Assembly (NCBI RefSeq): GCF_006345805.1
Contig: NC_043019.1
Span: 17,731,360 to 17,795,359 of the forward strand
DNA from: Octopus sinensis
Taxonomy: Eukaryota
Direction of reading: 5' to 3'
DNA length: 64,000 nt
In this document: positions 40,265 through 53,959 of the stretch, one piece after another
Layout: each line of letters starts with the position of its first letter
Position numbering within the stretch: position 1 is the first letter of the stretch
Notes under the pieces: model-generated
Seen by the model: only the letters and a program-made list of their open reading frames with translations
Databases searched by the model: none
What the model was told of the DNA's origin: nothing
Translations under genes and position numbers: made by a program

Positions 40265-43200
40265 TATATATGCGTGTGTGTGTTTGTGTGTCTGTGTTTG
40301 TCCCCCTAGCATTGCTTGACAACCGATGCTGGTGTGTTTATGTCCCCGTCACTTAGCGGTTCGGCAAAACAGACCGATAGAATAAGTACTGGGCTTACAT
40401 AAGAATAAGTCCCGGGGTCGAGTTGCTCGATCAAAGGCAGTGCTCCAGGATGGCCGCAGTCAAATGACTGAAACAAGTAAAAGAGTAAAGAGAGAGACTC
40501 TCTTTTATACACCTGTCCTCACCCATACACATCACACGTCCATATCTGTACAAGAAAAGAAACTGCAATGACATAGACATATATGGATGCGGACAGCTGT
40601 ATAAAGAATTACTGTTCGCTTAGTGTGAATCTGCAGTTCTCTAGAAAACCTGCTCAACTTGCTCAAACTAAATCCTACAAGAGTGTCCAGAGCCATTTCA
40701 CTTGATATCACTCCTTCATTCTTAAATTGTGCTCTCCATCTGCATTTTACATTGAGCCACCAAATTGTTACTCCTTCTCCACTACCATGTCTCTTACTCT
40801 CCCCATGCACTACTCTTGCCCCTCTCTCCCCCCCCCCCCACATAATTTGGCAATCTGCCCAACCACATGTTGACTCTGTCTCTCTCTCTCTCTCTCTTCC
40901 TTCCTCTCTCTCTTTTACATGTTTCAGTCATTTGACTGCGGCCATGCTGTAGCACCGCCTTTTAGTCGAGCAAATCGACCCCCAGGACTTATTCTTTGTA
41001 AGCCTAGTACTTATTCTATTGGTCTCTTTTGCCGAACCACTAAGTTACGGGGACAAACACAGACACACAAACATACACACTCACACACACATATATAAAC
41101 ATACATCTTCTTTCAGTTTCCGTCTACCAAATCCACTCACAAGGCTTTGGTCGGCCCGAGGCTATAGTAGAAGACACTTGCCCAAGGTGCCACGCAGTGG
41201 GACTGAACCCAGAACCATGTGGTTTGTAAGCAAGCTACTTACCACACAGCCACTCCTACGCCTGTTTATCATAATTATTATTCTGCTGCTCTTCAACCCC
41301 CATGCATCATTGGTCACCCACCAGCCCTTATCCACCACTCACCACATCCACTTCTCAACATTTGTTCATCATTCTTTATATTTACCCCTCTCATCCATTC
41401 TCTGTCTCTCACTCTCCCATACAACCTTGCAACCTCTACCCACCTGCTCTCCCTCTTCTCACATTTACTCACCTTACATCTTAAGGCTTGTAACCTGAAA
41501 CCGCACATCACTTTCCAGCTTCAACCTGTTATTTCTACCTTTTATTTAATAATATGTGTGACCATGTAGATCCCTCTAAGCCAGAAACCTGTTCTGTTCT
41601 GGCACATTCCCTCATACTTTGACCCCCTCATCTCCTTGCATAAAGCTACCTCTCCTGGAGTTCTTGGTCTTGCAAGCTGCATAGTGACCTCACTAGTGCT
41701 GGTGGTGCCAAAAAGTGCTTTCAATGCATGCTGTAAAGTGGTTGGCATTAGAAATTCGGAAGGGCATCCAGCTGTAGAAGCCATGCCAAAGTAGACAGCG
41801 GGGTCTGATGCAACCCTTGGACATGTTTGATTCTGTTAAACCACCCAACTTGTACCAGCATGGAACATGGATATTGAATAGCTGTGGGTGGGGTGGTAGC
41901 TGTAGTTGCAGTGACTGTTGTGGTGGCTGTTGCTATGGTTACTGCTGCTGCTGCTGTGACTGCTGTTGCTACTATCACTACTGCTGCTGCTGCTAATTTG
42001 TTCTAAACTATTTTATATAGATTAATAATTTATCATGAAGTACAAATTTAAAATGAGATAAACTTATTCAGTCATATCATTAGAGACAACATAAATTTGT
42101 GCTGAGTAACTAGAATTCAAAACAAATATTTATCATAAGAGGACTGATTATAACTTTCACTATGTTACCCTACACGAGAGAGAAATCTTCTCATCAAGAT
42201 ACTCCCTTATATTGTACATCATCATCATCATCATCATCATCATTTAGCGTCCGCTTTCCATGCTGGCATGGGTTGGACGGTTCAACTGGGATCTGGGAAG
42301 CCAGAAGGCTGCACCAGACCCAGTCTGATCTGGCAATGTTTCTACGGCTGGATGCCCTTCCTAACGCCAACCACTCTGAGAGTGTAATGGGTGCTTTTTA
42401 CATGCCACCGGCACAGGTGCCAGACGAGGCTGGCAAACGGCCACGATCAGATGGTGCTTTTTTCGTTATTTAATTGGATTTAAGAATATATGATTAGCAA
42501 TGAAATTAAGATTTGGAAGCTTGATTACACTTATTTAGTTTTGACATTGGATTTCTTATTTCTTTACTGCCCACAAGGGGCTAAACACTGAAAGGACAAA
42601 CAAGGACAGACAAACAGATTAAGTCGATTATATCGTCCCCAGTGCATAACTGGTACTTATTTAATTGACCCCGAAAGGATGAAAGGCAAAGTCGACCTTG
42701 GTAGAATTTGAACTCAGAATGTCGCTGCAGACAAAATACCTATTTCTTTACTACCCACAAGGGGCTAAACACTAAAAGGACAAACAAGGACAGACAAACA
42801 GATTAAGTCGATTATATCGACCCCAGTGCGTAACTGGTACTTATTTAATTGACCCCAAAAGGATGAAATGCAAAGTCAACCTCAGCAGAATTTGAACTCA
42901 GAACGTAGCGGCAGACGAAGTACTGCTAAGCATTTCACCCGGTGTGCTAACGTTTCTGCCAGCTCGCTGCCTTTATTTCTTTTGGATTTCCATTGGATTT
43001 CTAATTGGCATTAGGACACTATGAGAAAGGTCCTTCCTAAGCAATAGAGCCTCATAGGGCCAGTTTCTTGGTTTCTGTGGTGTATATAACCCTTCCTGGA
43101 TGGGACACCAGTTTGTCACTCGTGGTCGAGAGATCGTGGGTTCGAATCTCAGACCGGGCAACGTGTGTGTTTATGAGCGAAAACACCTAAGCTCCACGCG

Positions 43201-44589
43201 GCTCCGGCAGAAGGTAATGGCGAAACTTCTGCTGACTCTTTCGCCACAACTTTCTCTCACTCTTTCCTCCTGCATCTTGCAGCTCACCTGCGACGGATCG
43301 GCGTCCCGTCCCAGTGGGGAACCTATACGCCAAGAAACTGGGAAACTGGCCCTTATGAGCCAGGCATGGCTCGAGCAGGAACAACAACAACAACACCAGT
43401 TTGTCGCAGGATAACTTACTTTTGCCAGCTGAGTAGATAGGAGCAATGTGGAATGAAGTGTCTTGCTCAAGAACACAATGCGTCGCCTGGGCCAGGAATT
43501 GAAACCTCCATCTTATGATCATGATAGGTGCAGGTATGGCTGTGTGGTAAGAAACTTGTTTTCCAACCACATGGCTCTGGGTTCAGTCTCACTGTGTGGC
43601 ACATTGGGCAAGTGTCTTCTGCTACAGCCTTGGGCTGACCAAAGCCTTGTGAGTGGATTTGGCAGATGGAAACTGAAAGAAGCCTGTTATATGTGTGTGT
43701 GTGTGTTTGTATGTGTGCTTGCATGTGTGTAAGTGTGTGTCTTTGTGTATGTGTTTGTCTCGTACCACTGCTTGACAACAGCTGTTGGTTTGTTTATGTC
43801 CCTGCACCTTAGTGGTTCAGCAAAAGGGATCAATAGTACAAGTACCAGGCTTAAAATCAACTGGGGTCGATTCATTTGATTAAAAATTCTTTAAGGCAGT
43901 GCCCCAGCATGGCCACAGTCTAATGACTAAAACAAGTAAAAGATAAAAGATAAAGGATGAGCCTAATACCCTATTCACTATGTCAAGCACCTCCACTCTA
44001 ATAATTAGTATTACATTATACACATAAATGAAATCTTCTTTCTCAATTATTTTCTAAACAAATTTTAAATGCCTTCTTGATACTCTTGATGTAAAAATTG
44101 ATGCTTCTAATATTTATTTATGATGGAAAAAATGGTTAATATGCTTCATTTACTTACACAGAAGGAAACGCTATTGGCAGTCCTTCTAGGAGGACATTTT
44201 TGCCTTTATATTTAGCAGGATCAAATCTTCAGGATTTATTTGAGACCTTAGCAGTTTTCCTCTAATGAAGAAAATAAGAATGAGTTTGAAATTGTTGTCT
44301 TGGTTCAATGTTCATTTTTAGCCCAAAAGAAAATCTATATATGAGATACAAGTATTTAGATTGTTTTGTCAGTTTCCTGATGAGACAAAAACTCAATCAA
44401 TATCGCATACATCTTAAAAAGCAGGCCAAATTTTGCAAGCATTTTTATCAAGATGATTGCATAGTGGATCAAATAGCTGAAAAATGTGCTGGTCTCAAGT
44501 TACAACAGAAAATTTTTAGGAAGAGATCAACTTACAGTTTTAGAATTAGCTAAATCTTATGGAATTTGAAAATATAGATTAAAGAATAT

Positions 44590-45001
44590 GGATCTTTTCG
44601 GTTTGAACGACAGTTTTTTAAAATAATTTCCACGTAACTAAAAAATTTTAAACTTTGTATACTGGTAGAATGTGTTTATAAAACATCTTTTTCTCTCGGC
44701 TTTATTGAGAAAATTCTATAGTTTGTAAGATATTTGTTGTTTTTTTCTTCAATTTCAACCAATCAATGACATCTATTGAGGTGAAAACATTCTGTGCCGT
44801 ATGAATATGTCCCTCGTTTAAGAAACAGATTAGGTTTATTTACATTTCTGAAGAAAAAAAGATACCCTTCCCCCACCCCTAACCCTAACTCTAACCCTAA
44901 AAGAGATTGAAATGCAATAGATTGATATTAGGGTCATAATTATGGGTGACAATTTCATATGACACCACTAGAAAAAACTGCCATTCAAACCGAAAAGATC
45001 C
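44590..45001. mobile_element. MITE family A, full copy with 8-bp TSD, inserted in a Gypsy remnant
   Basis: Both TIRs present; perfect TSD aagaatat at 44582-44589 and 45002-45009. Confidence 0.92.
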
Positions 45002-45562
45002 AAGAATATGATTAATATCAGTCATTTAATGGTAATATAAATGTCTGAAGCTTGTCTGGAAGATCTGAAGAAATAAAATCTGAAGAACAGAAGTTTCTAG
45101 GGCATCCATTTGGGACAAAGAATGCAAACTGTCTGACGAAAGAAAACAAGGGTTAATAATGTTACTTGTTAGTGAATCAGAGCACCGTGATTATTCATTT
45201 TCTTTATAAACAAAATACCAATTAAAAATTCTATTCCTTGTAAAATAGGTTGTACCAAACTTGATCCACTGATTGATTCTGACACTTCTGTTAGTGTTAA
45301 TGGAAACATACTTGGGATATTCTCAAAGCTTTGAAATGTATTTGCAACAGTTTGAATGCTAACGAGAAACTCTTTGTATCTGGTGGTGGAAGGCTTTTGA
45401 AAGTTGTTGGAAAATTTAAAGTACGCACTGAAATTCTACAAGGAAAGAATATAAGTAAGTCATTAGAATTTCTTGTTATTGAAGGAATCGAACTGTCAGT
45501 TGTAGGAAAAGAGTTCAGCACAAGAACTTGGTATTCTGAAAATCATGGTATTACATTGTATA

Positions 45563-45702
45563 CTTCATCATCATCGTCGTTGTCATCATCGTCGTCACTG
45601 TCATCATCATCATCGTCGTTGTCGTTGTCATCATCATCGTCATCATCATCATCATCACAATCACCATCATCATCATCATCATCGTCGTTGTCATCATCAT
45701 CG

Positions 45703-45733
<31 letters not shown>

Positions 45734-46130
45734 CGTCATCATCATCATCACAATCACCATCATCATCATCATCGTCGTCGTCGTTGTCATCATCATCGTC
45801 ATCATCATTGTTGTCTTCGTCGTCGTCGTCGTCATCACCATCATCATCATCATCATCGTTGTTGTCATCATCATCATCATCACCATCATCATCATCATCG
45901 TCGTCATCATCACCATCGTCGTGATCATCATCATCACAATCATCATCATTGTCATCATCGTTGTCGTCGTTGTCGTCGTCGTCATCATCACCATCATCAT
46001 CACCATCATCATCACCATCATCATCGTCGTCGTTATCATCATCACCATCATCATCATCATTGTCATCGTCGTCATCGTTGTCATCACCATCATCATCATC
46101 ATTGTCATCATCATCATTGTCATCATCATT
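45563..46130. repeat. About 570-bp degenerate (CAT/CGT/TGT)n trinucleotide array
   Basis: Source of the poly-Ser/His/Asp ORFs; contiguous with an RTE tail at 46130. Confidence 0.95.
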
Positions 46131-48514
46131 TAACATCCGCTTTCCATACTGGCATAGGTTAGACTTTGAAAGAAGCTTGCACCAGTAGCCTGTTTTGGCT
46201 CGGTTTCTATGGCTGGATGCCCTTTCTAACATCAACCACTTTACAGACTGTGCTGGATGTATATTACAAGTCACACTGGCACTGTGCCTTTTATGTGTCA
46301 CCAGCACTGACCATGACCATAATTTCACTTAGCTTGCCATACCTTCTCAATCACAGCAAATTGCCAGAAGTTTTGCTCACTTGTCATTGCCCCCATGAGA
46401 CTCAACAACCAAGCATCATTTTCACCATGTAAAAAGCACCCACTACACTCTCGGAGTGGTTGGCGTTAGGAAGGGCATCCAGCTGTAGAAACTCTGCCAG
46501 ATCAAGACTGGAGCCTGGTGCAGCCATCTGGTTCGCCAGCCCTCAGTCAAAACCGTCCAACTCATGCTAGAATGGAAAACGGATGTTAAACGATGATGAT
46601 GATGATGATGATGATATCCCATGTCTTCCTGTGTCTGCCTCTTCAACAAGTTTCCTCCACAATTAAAGACTAATACTACTTTACCCAATTAGCCCCAGGC
46701 TTCATGGCTGATGCTGGTATCATGTAACAGGCACTCATGTCATTGGCACATAAAAAGACCCTTCAAAGGTTGAGTCTCAGAGATAAGTGATTGAGACCCT
46801 TTGCAATATGCCATGCTTGGGAAGACTTGTCAAGCCAAGGGAAATTGTAGTTGTGGCCGATGCTGGGGTCATGTGACTGGCACCTGTACAGGTGACATGT
46901 AAAATGCACTTATTACACTCCAAGAGTGGTTGGTGTTAGGAAGGGCATCCAGTCATAGAAACCATGCCAAAATCAGACTGGAACCTGGTGCAGCTCTCCG
47001 GCTTACCAATTCCAGTCAAACTGTTTAACCCATGCCAACCTGGAAAACAGATGCTAAAGGAGGAGGAGGAGGAGGACTCCTCCTCCTGTGTCCAATTTGT
47101 TATCCAGCATTTGCAACCATTTTCTTACAATCTGAATTCAAAGGTATTTGAGGCATTACAAGAACTGCTTGACATGAATGTCTTTGGATGTGTAGAATCC
47201 CCTTCAAAATGGGTCAATCCTATTGTTCAAGTACCAAAGAAGGAGGGCTCTGCACATGTCTTTTATCTTTATCTTTTACTTGTTTCAGTCGTTAGAGGGG
47301 ACTGGTCAATTACATTGACCCCAGTGTTTCACTGGTATTTACTTTATTAACTCTGAAAATATGAAAGGCTAAGTCAACCATGGCAGAATTTGAACTCAGA
47401 ATGTGGTGACGGGTGAAATACCACTAAGCATTTCGCCCCACATTTATAAACAGAGAATTCCTAAACACCCACTCCTGTAAATTTTAATCCCCTTCCAGCC
47501 CCATTTAGACCCCTTTTCACATTTTGGTTAAAGACATGTTGGGGCAAACGAAATCGAAATCGAAATCGAATTGAACCAGCAAGGATCCCTGGTCTGGTGG
47601 TACGTAAAAAGCACTATCCGACTCGTGGCCGATGCCAGCACTGCCTCGACTGGCTTCCGTGCCGGTGGCACGTAAAATACACCAATCCGACCGTGGCCGT
47701 TGCCAGCCACGCCTGACACCTGTGCAGGTGGCACGTAAAAAGCACCCACTACACTCAAGGAGTGGTTGGCGTTAGGAAGGGCATCCAGCTGTAGAAACAT
47801 TGCCAGATAAGACTGGAGCCTGGTGCAGCCTTCTAGCTTTCCAGATCCCTGGTCGAACCATCCAACCCATGCTAGCATGGAGAACGGATGTTAAACGATG
47901 ATGATGATGATGATGATCATAACCCGATTTCATTCAGGTCTACTCGGGCCACATTTTTTATTTTTATTCAGCTCGCAAGTTCGTCTGTCCCTTTTAAATG
48001 TTAGTGTTTTGGTGTCAGCCTTGAAGCAGACCTTTCCGTTGTCACTGCCTCATATTTATGATTGATCTTTCAAACTACTTTCTTTCTCAACTTACTCAAG
48101 ATTTTTGTTGTTTATAAATGTTGTTGTTGTCATTGTCGTTATTGAGAAAGAGAAAGTGAGAGAGAGAGAGAGAAAGTGTGTGAATGATAGATACATAAGT
48201 TGAGTGTTGTCACTATAGTAACTACAAAGTCTTTCACTTTATAACACTCTACTATTAAAGGAAAGTTTGTGCATGACTAACAAATATTTTTACTGGAGCA
48301 TAGCGATAGGTAAAGACCTACTTTGCAATGTACCAGATAGGTAAAGACCTACCAATGCAATGTACCAGACTCACTGTCATGTCTGAGGGTTCAAAATGAG
48401 ATTGTAAGTCCTAATTTTGAGGAATATATTGGGGTGGAACAAATCACACTGTTTTTCAATCAGTCGTGTTTAAACATGTGATTTTGTTTCTCATGTGAAA
48501 CATATGCCACACAC

Positions 48515-48976
48515 ATATATATATATATATATATATGTATGTATATATATACATATATACTCTTTTACTCTTTTACTTGTTTCAGTCATTTGACTGCGGC
48601 CATGCTGGAGCACCACCTTTAGTCGAGCAAATCGACCCCAGGACTTATTCGTTGTAAGCCTAGTACTTATTCTATCGGTTTCTTTTGCCGAACCGCTAAG
48701 TTACGGGGACGTAAACACACCAGCATCGGTTGTGAAGCGATGTTGGGGGGGACAAACATACACACACACATATATATACATATATACGATGGGCTTCTTT
48801 CAGTTTCCGTCTATCAAATCCACTCACATATATATGTATGTATGTATATAAATTAGAGAAGAACCATCATGTAGCAATTCAACAATGATATAATTAAATT
48901 ATACCATATAGAAAAAAATTAAATATACGATAAAACATTTACCTAGAACTAGAATCATATTTGGAATTATATTCCC

Positions 48977-49024
<48 letters not shown>

Positions 49025-49332
49025 AATATATGTATATGTATGTGTCTTCTGCTATAGCCTCGGGCCGACCAATGCCTTGTGAGTGGATTTGGTAGACGGA
49101 AACTGAAAGAAGCCTGTCGTATATATGTATATATATGTATATGTGTGTGTGTTTGTGTGTCTGTGTTTGTCCCCCTAGCATTGCTTGACAACCGATGCTG
49201 GTGTGTTTAGGTCCCCGTCATTTAGCGGTTCGGCAAAAAGAGACCGATAGAATAAGTACTAAAAGGTGGTGCTCCAGCATGGCCGCAGTCAAATGACTGA
49301 AACAAGTAAAAGAGTAAAAAGAGTAAAAAGAG

Positions 49333-49369
<37 letters not shown>

Positions 49370-49479
49370 CTAATATAGGATAAAATATTTTTTGAAAAAA
49401 AAATTTTATCAATGGCCAGCATAAAAAAAAATACCTTTAAATGTTAAATTTATAAACAACTTATAAACAAGGGCAAAGA

Positions 49480-49512
<33 letters not shown>

Positions 49513-50305
49513 ATATATACATATATACTCTTTTACTCTTTTACTTGTTTCAGTCATTTGACTGCGGCCATGCTGGAGCACCACCTTTAGTCGAGCAAAT
49601 CGACCCCAGGACTTATTCGTTGTAAGCCTAGTACTTATTCTATCGGTTTCTTTTGCCGAACCGCTAAGTTACGGGGACGTAAACACACCAGCATCGGTTG
49701 TGAAGCGATGTTGGGGGGGACAAACATACACACACACATATATATATATATACACATATACTATGGGCTTCTTTCAGTTTCCGTCTATCAAATCCACTCA
49801 CATATATATGTATGTATGTATATAAATTAGAGAAGAACCATCATGTAGCAATTCAACAATGATATAATTAAATTATACCATATAGAAAAAAATTAAATAT
49901 ACGATAAAACATTTACCTAGAACTAGAATCATATTTGGAATTATATTCCCTATTATTATTATTATTATTATATTATTATTATTATTATTATTATATAAAT
50001 ATATGTATATGTATGTGTCTTCTGCTATAGCCTCGGGCCGACCAATGCCTTGTGAGTGGATTTGGTAGACGGAAACTGAAAGAAGCCTGTCGTATATATG
50101 TATATATATGTATATGTGTGTGTGTTTGTGTGTCTGTGTTTGTCCCCCTAGCATTGCTTGACAACCGATGCTGGTGTGTTTAGGTCCCCGTCATTTAGCG
50201 GTTCGGCAAAAAGAGACCGATAGAATAAGTACTAAAAGGTGGTGCTCCAGCATGGCCGCAGTCAAATGACTGAAACAAGTAAAAGAGTAAAAAGAGTAAA
50301 AAGAG

Positions 50306-50342
<37 letters not shown>

Positions 50343-50474
50343 CTAATATAGGATAAAATATTTTTTGAAAAAAAAATTTTATCAATGGCCAGCATAAAAA
50401 AAAATACCTTTAAATGTTAAATTTATAAACAACTTATAAACAAGGGCAAAGAAATATATATATATATATATATA
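48515..50474. repeat. 973-bp direct tandem duplication
   Basis: Identical ORFs at 49218/50191 and 49222/50195 (offset 973); boundaries fall within (TA)n tracts. Confidence 0.95.
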
Positions 50475-50908
50475 AATGGCAAAAAAAGGAAATAAATGTT
50501 AAATGGACAAATATTTGTATGTTAGCCATTTGATATTTCTGAAAACAATTTTTGATGGTTTCAGATTAAAGTTTGAAGGTCTTCAGTTGATGAGAGACAA
50601 AAATTAGGAGTTTAACTGACTGTCAGGATAATAATACGTAAAAGTACCAAGTCTTTTCAAACCTGAACACCCATGTCAGACAATATATGAGGTGGTATCA
50701 AAAGATTCCTGGACTAGTTCTGTAGCGTGCCAAAAGATGTCAGCACACGATTGTATGCACATTAGGTAATGAGATGATGACAATGACTGTTATTGTTGTT
50801 GTTGTTGTATGAGAACTCACAGCTTGTTTTGCTGGGTATGATGGAAAGTGTCAGCTGCCCACAGCCAGCAGACTAAGGTGATACTTGTTAACTGGTCATG
50901 CTTCAAGG

Positions 50909-51167
50909 ACCCAATCTGTTTCTTAAACGAGGGACATATTCATACGGCACAGAATGTTTTTTTTTACCTCAATGGACGTCATTGATTGGTTGAAATTGCA
51001 GAAATTGAAGAAAAATAACAACAAATATCTTACAAACTATAGAATTTTCTCAATAAAGCCAAGAGAAAAAGATGTTTTATAAACACATTCTACCAGTATA
51101 CAAAGTTAAAAATTTTTTAGTTACCTAGAAATTATGTTAAAAACTGCCGTTCAAACCGAAAAGATCC
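50909..51167. mobile_element. MITE family A, truncated copy (one TIR)
   Basis: Matches roughly 11700-11960; ends ...ccgaaaagatcc. Confidence 0.8.
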
Positions 51168-51748
51168 GACACTGTTAAAGTTTGTGTGCTTTGAATTGGT
51201 TATATTTTCACAATAAAGGAAATATCTAAATTCTTTTACAATTTTTAATAATGTTTAAGTAAAAAATAGAGTAAGATTTTCTTTATACACAGTGAATGGC
51301 TATGGAGGTAGAGTAGAATAAAATAGGATTCAAAGGGGTTTACAGGCCCAAGATGGTTGAGAAACCTTGGGTTAATGTATGATAAAGGAACAGTTAGTGT
51401 TGATGTAATATGTGGTTACCCTACATTGGCCGATGCCAGCGCCGCCTCGACTGGCATGTAAAAAGCACCATCCGAATCGTGGCCGATGCCAGTGCCGCCT
51501 CGACTGGCTTCCATGCCGGTGGCACGTAAAATGCACCAATCTAACCGTGGCCATTGCCAGCCTCGCCTGGCACCTGTGCAGGTGGCATGTAAAAAGCACC
51601 CACTACACTCACGGAGTGGTTGGCGTTAGGAAGAGCATCCAGCTGTAGAAACACTGCCAGATCAGACTGGACCTGGTGCAGCCTTCTGGCTTCACAGACC
51701 CCAGTTGAACTGTCCAACCCATGCTAGCATGGAGAACGGACGTTAAAC

Positions 51749-51782
<34 letters not shown>

Positions 51783-52060
51783 TGTGGTGGTAATTGGAAT
51801 GGAGCTGAAAAGAGAAGTAAAGACAGTGCTTTTGAGGTGTTGGAGCATACCCTCAATGTTTGAAGTGAACAGAAGAGAGAGTGGGGGAGAAGTTGAGGAA
51901 GAACAGGTGGGTAAATGTTACAAAGGTGTGGAGAAAGAATGAAAGATGGGGGTAGGGGGTGAATGTAGTGAATGAGGAACGAGGGTGGAGGTGGGGGTCT
52001 GCAACTTCACCAGCTCCAGTTTCTGATCTCCTAATTCCTGCAGAAAGAAAGGCACCAACC

Positions 52061-52278
52061 CAGTGCTTTTCAAACTTTTGCTGGAGCGGAACCCCAAGGA
52101 AACATTCCACTGGCTCGAGGAACCCTTGTGCAATAATTTAATAGTCTTATGCACACATATCTGCACAGGAGAATTAAAAATTACTGCTGATTTTAGCATT
52201 TTTGTAACTTCTAGCGGAACCCCTGGATTGTACTGGCGGAACCCTAAGGTTCCGCGGAACCCTGGTTGAAAACCACTG
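52061..52278. mobile_element. hAT (Charlie/MER5-like) MITE
   Basis: TIRs cagtgcttttcaaac / ggttgaaaaccactg; 8-bp TSD caccaacc / cactaacc; internal ggaaccc repeats. Confidence 0.8.
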
Positions 52279-52529
52279 CACTAACCACTAACCAAATGAA
52301 ATGGGAAAGGCGGATAAAGTGGATCAGGGAAGGGGAAGTGATGGCTGGCAGTAGAGAAGGGACAAAGAGCAGCAGAATGATAATTTGATTGGGGAAAGGG
52401 GAAAGACTGGGAGGTGAGGAGTGTGGAGGAATAAGGGTGGAAAAAGTCAAAAGTATGAAGGGGTGATTATGAGTGGCAACAAAATGGTTGGGGGCTTGCT
52501 CATTGGTATACAGTGCAGTAGAGGCACAT

Positions 52530-52770
52530 GGATTAGTGGCTAGGGTGTTGCACTTGTGATTGTAAGATTATGATTTCAATTCCTGGACTGGGCGATACAT
52601 TTTGTTCTTGAGCAAAACGTTTCATTTTACATTGCTCCCATCCACTTAGCTGGAAAAAGTGAGTAATTCTGCGATTGACTGGCGTCCCATCCAGGTGTAG
52701 GGAATTTATACGCCATGGAAACTGGGAAACCGGCCCTTATGAGTTAGCATGACTCAAGAAAGTAACTTTA
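52530..52770 (+). mobile_element. tRNA-derived SINE family 4 (V-domain-like ctgcgattgactggcgtcccatccagg)
   Basis: tRNA-like head; related reverse-strand pieces at 34180-34350 and 43405-43510. The domain name is an inference. Confidence 0.55.
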
Positions 52771-52785
52771 CCTTTACCAATGGCA

Positions 52786-53612
52786 CAGAATATTCAGGCT
52801 AAATTTGATAGATTTTTTTTATGTCTTCTTTTTTTCAGAAACAGCTTGATGTATTGGGGAACAGTCAATGGTGTTGGAGAGCATAAAGATTAAAGATGTA
52901 ATTGAATAAGAGTTAGCTGACATGGAGGACTGGAAACCTGATTATATTGGAAAAGTATAACCTGTGTCATAATGATTGGTGCTGGCTATCAAAATGCGGA
53001 CGTTATGATTGCTGCTCAATGCTCTGTGAATGTTGTAAAGGCTGTAATGGGACGTCCCATGTATCATGAAAATGAAGTTTCCTGAAGTTCTGACATAGTG
53101 TCTCCTGTAACGGTGACATCATACCATCCCACATCTTGGAACAGAACCTCAGAATCAATTGAGAGGCTGCTGCGAATTTGGTCAAACCCTGGCTTGAGAG
53201 GATTGCTGCTGGAGGAGGAGGACTATGTGCGAAAGGTTCAACCCTTTGCCATATCTCTGGAAACAGTCAAAAGTGGTTGTTGGAGAATTTCTATGACTTC
53301 ATCAGTTCCAGTTTCTCACCTGTCCTTATTCCCGTGATTGTAATCCCACTCTACCTGCAACACCAAGGCCAAGCTGGCAAAGAAGATCAAGGAGGTGTTT
53401 GGAGATCCTCCTTAGGACACAGTAAGGAATGCATGTGATCGGTTCTGGACCTGAGGTCATTTGGTGGAAGCCGACGGTTGCTACTTTGTTATCTCCTGGT
53501 TATAATCAAGTTGAATTTTCTTTAATTTTTAAAAAATACTTAAATTTTTGGATGGATTTGTGTATTTTGTTTTCCTTTTATGCAAAGTGTCAAATTTAGC
53601 CTGAACACCCTG
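52786..53612 (+). mobile_element. Decayed Tc1/mariner-superfamily (maT-like) element
   Basis: TIRs cagaatattcaggctaaatttga / tcaaatttagcctgaacaccctg; remnant VKPWLERIAAG...QKWLLENFYDF resembles the DDD catalytic region. The subfamily is an inference. Confidence 0.65.
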
Positions 53613-53959
53613 CGTATGAAATAAGGCTTAGAATGAGTCAAGGGTGTCGATAGACTGTAATTAAGGGAGAGAGTGAAGTAGTTTGTAGCACAGAAAGGAT
53701 GGTCAATAGGAATCATGTCCCAAGACAGGCTGTGTTAAGAATGAGTATGAATGTCAAAAGAAAAGGGTTATAGGGTTTCTGATAACTCTGAAAGAGGACA
53801 CACGTAGTTGCGCTCATTTAATTACAGCAGTATAACAATATAGTAGTGATGAAAGTGATGGTAAAATGAGTGATATCGGGAAAGAGGGTAGGTAAGGCTT
53901 GACGATGGCAAAAGGGGCATAGGGTTCAGTTATGCTTTTAGAACTAACTTTTGTCATGA

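Larger units (their letters stand above)
44230..47250 (+). mobile_element. Highly decayed Ty3/Gypsy gag-protease-RT remnants, interrupted by a MITE and RTE tails
   Basis: Gag-like piece at 44300-44580; LIDSDTSVSV protease-like piece near 45270-45300; KV...L..L...VESPSKWVNPIVQVPKKEG RT start at 47090-47250. Confidence 0.55.

Noticed and set aside
45331-46328. Long poly-Ser, poly-His, poly-Asp and poly-Met ORFs
   Set aside because: Translation of a trinucleotide array; no splice or homology support.
48515-50474. CRISPR-like or other regularly spaced repeat-spacer array anywhere in the window
   Set aside because: Repeats are dispersed SINEs or plain tandem duplications; there are no constant repeats with unique equal-length spacers, and the sequence is eukaryotic.
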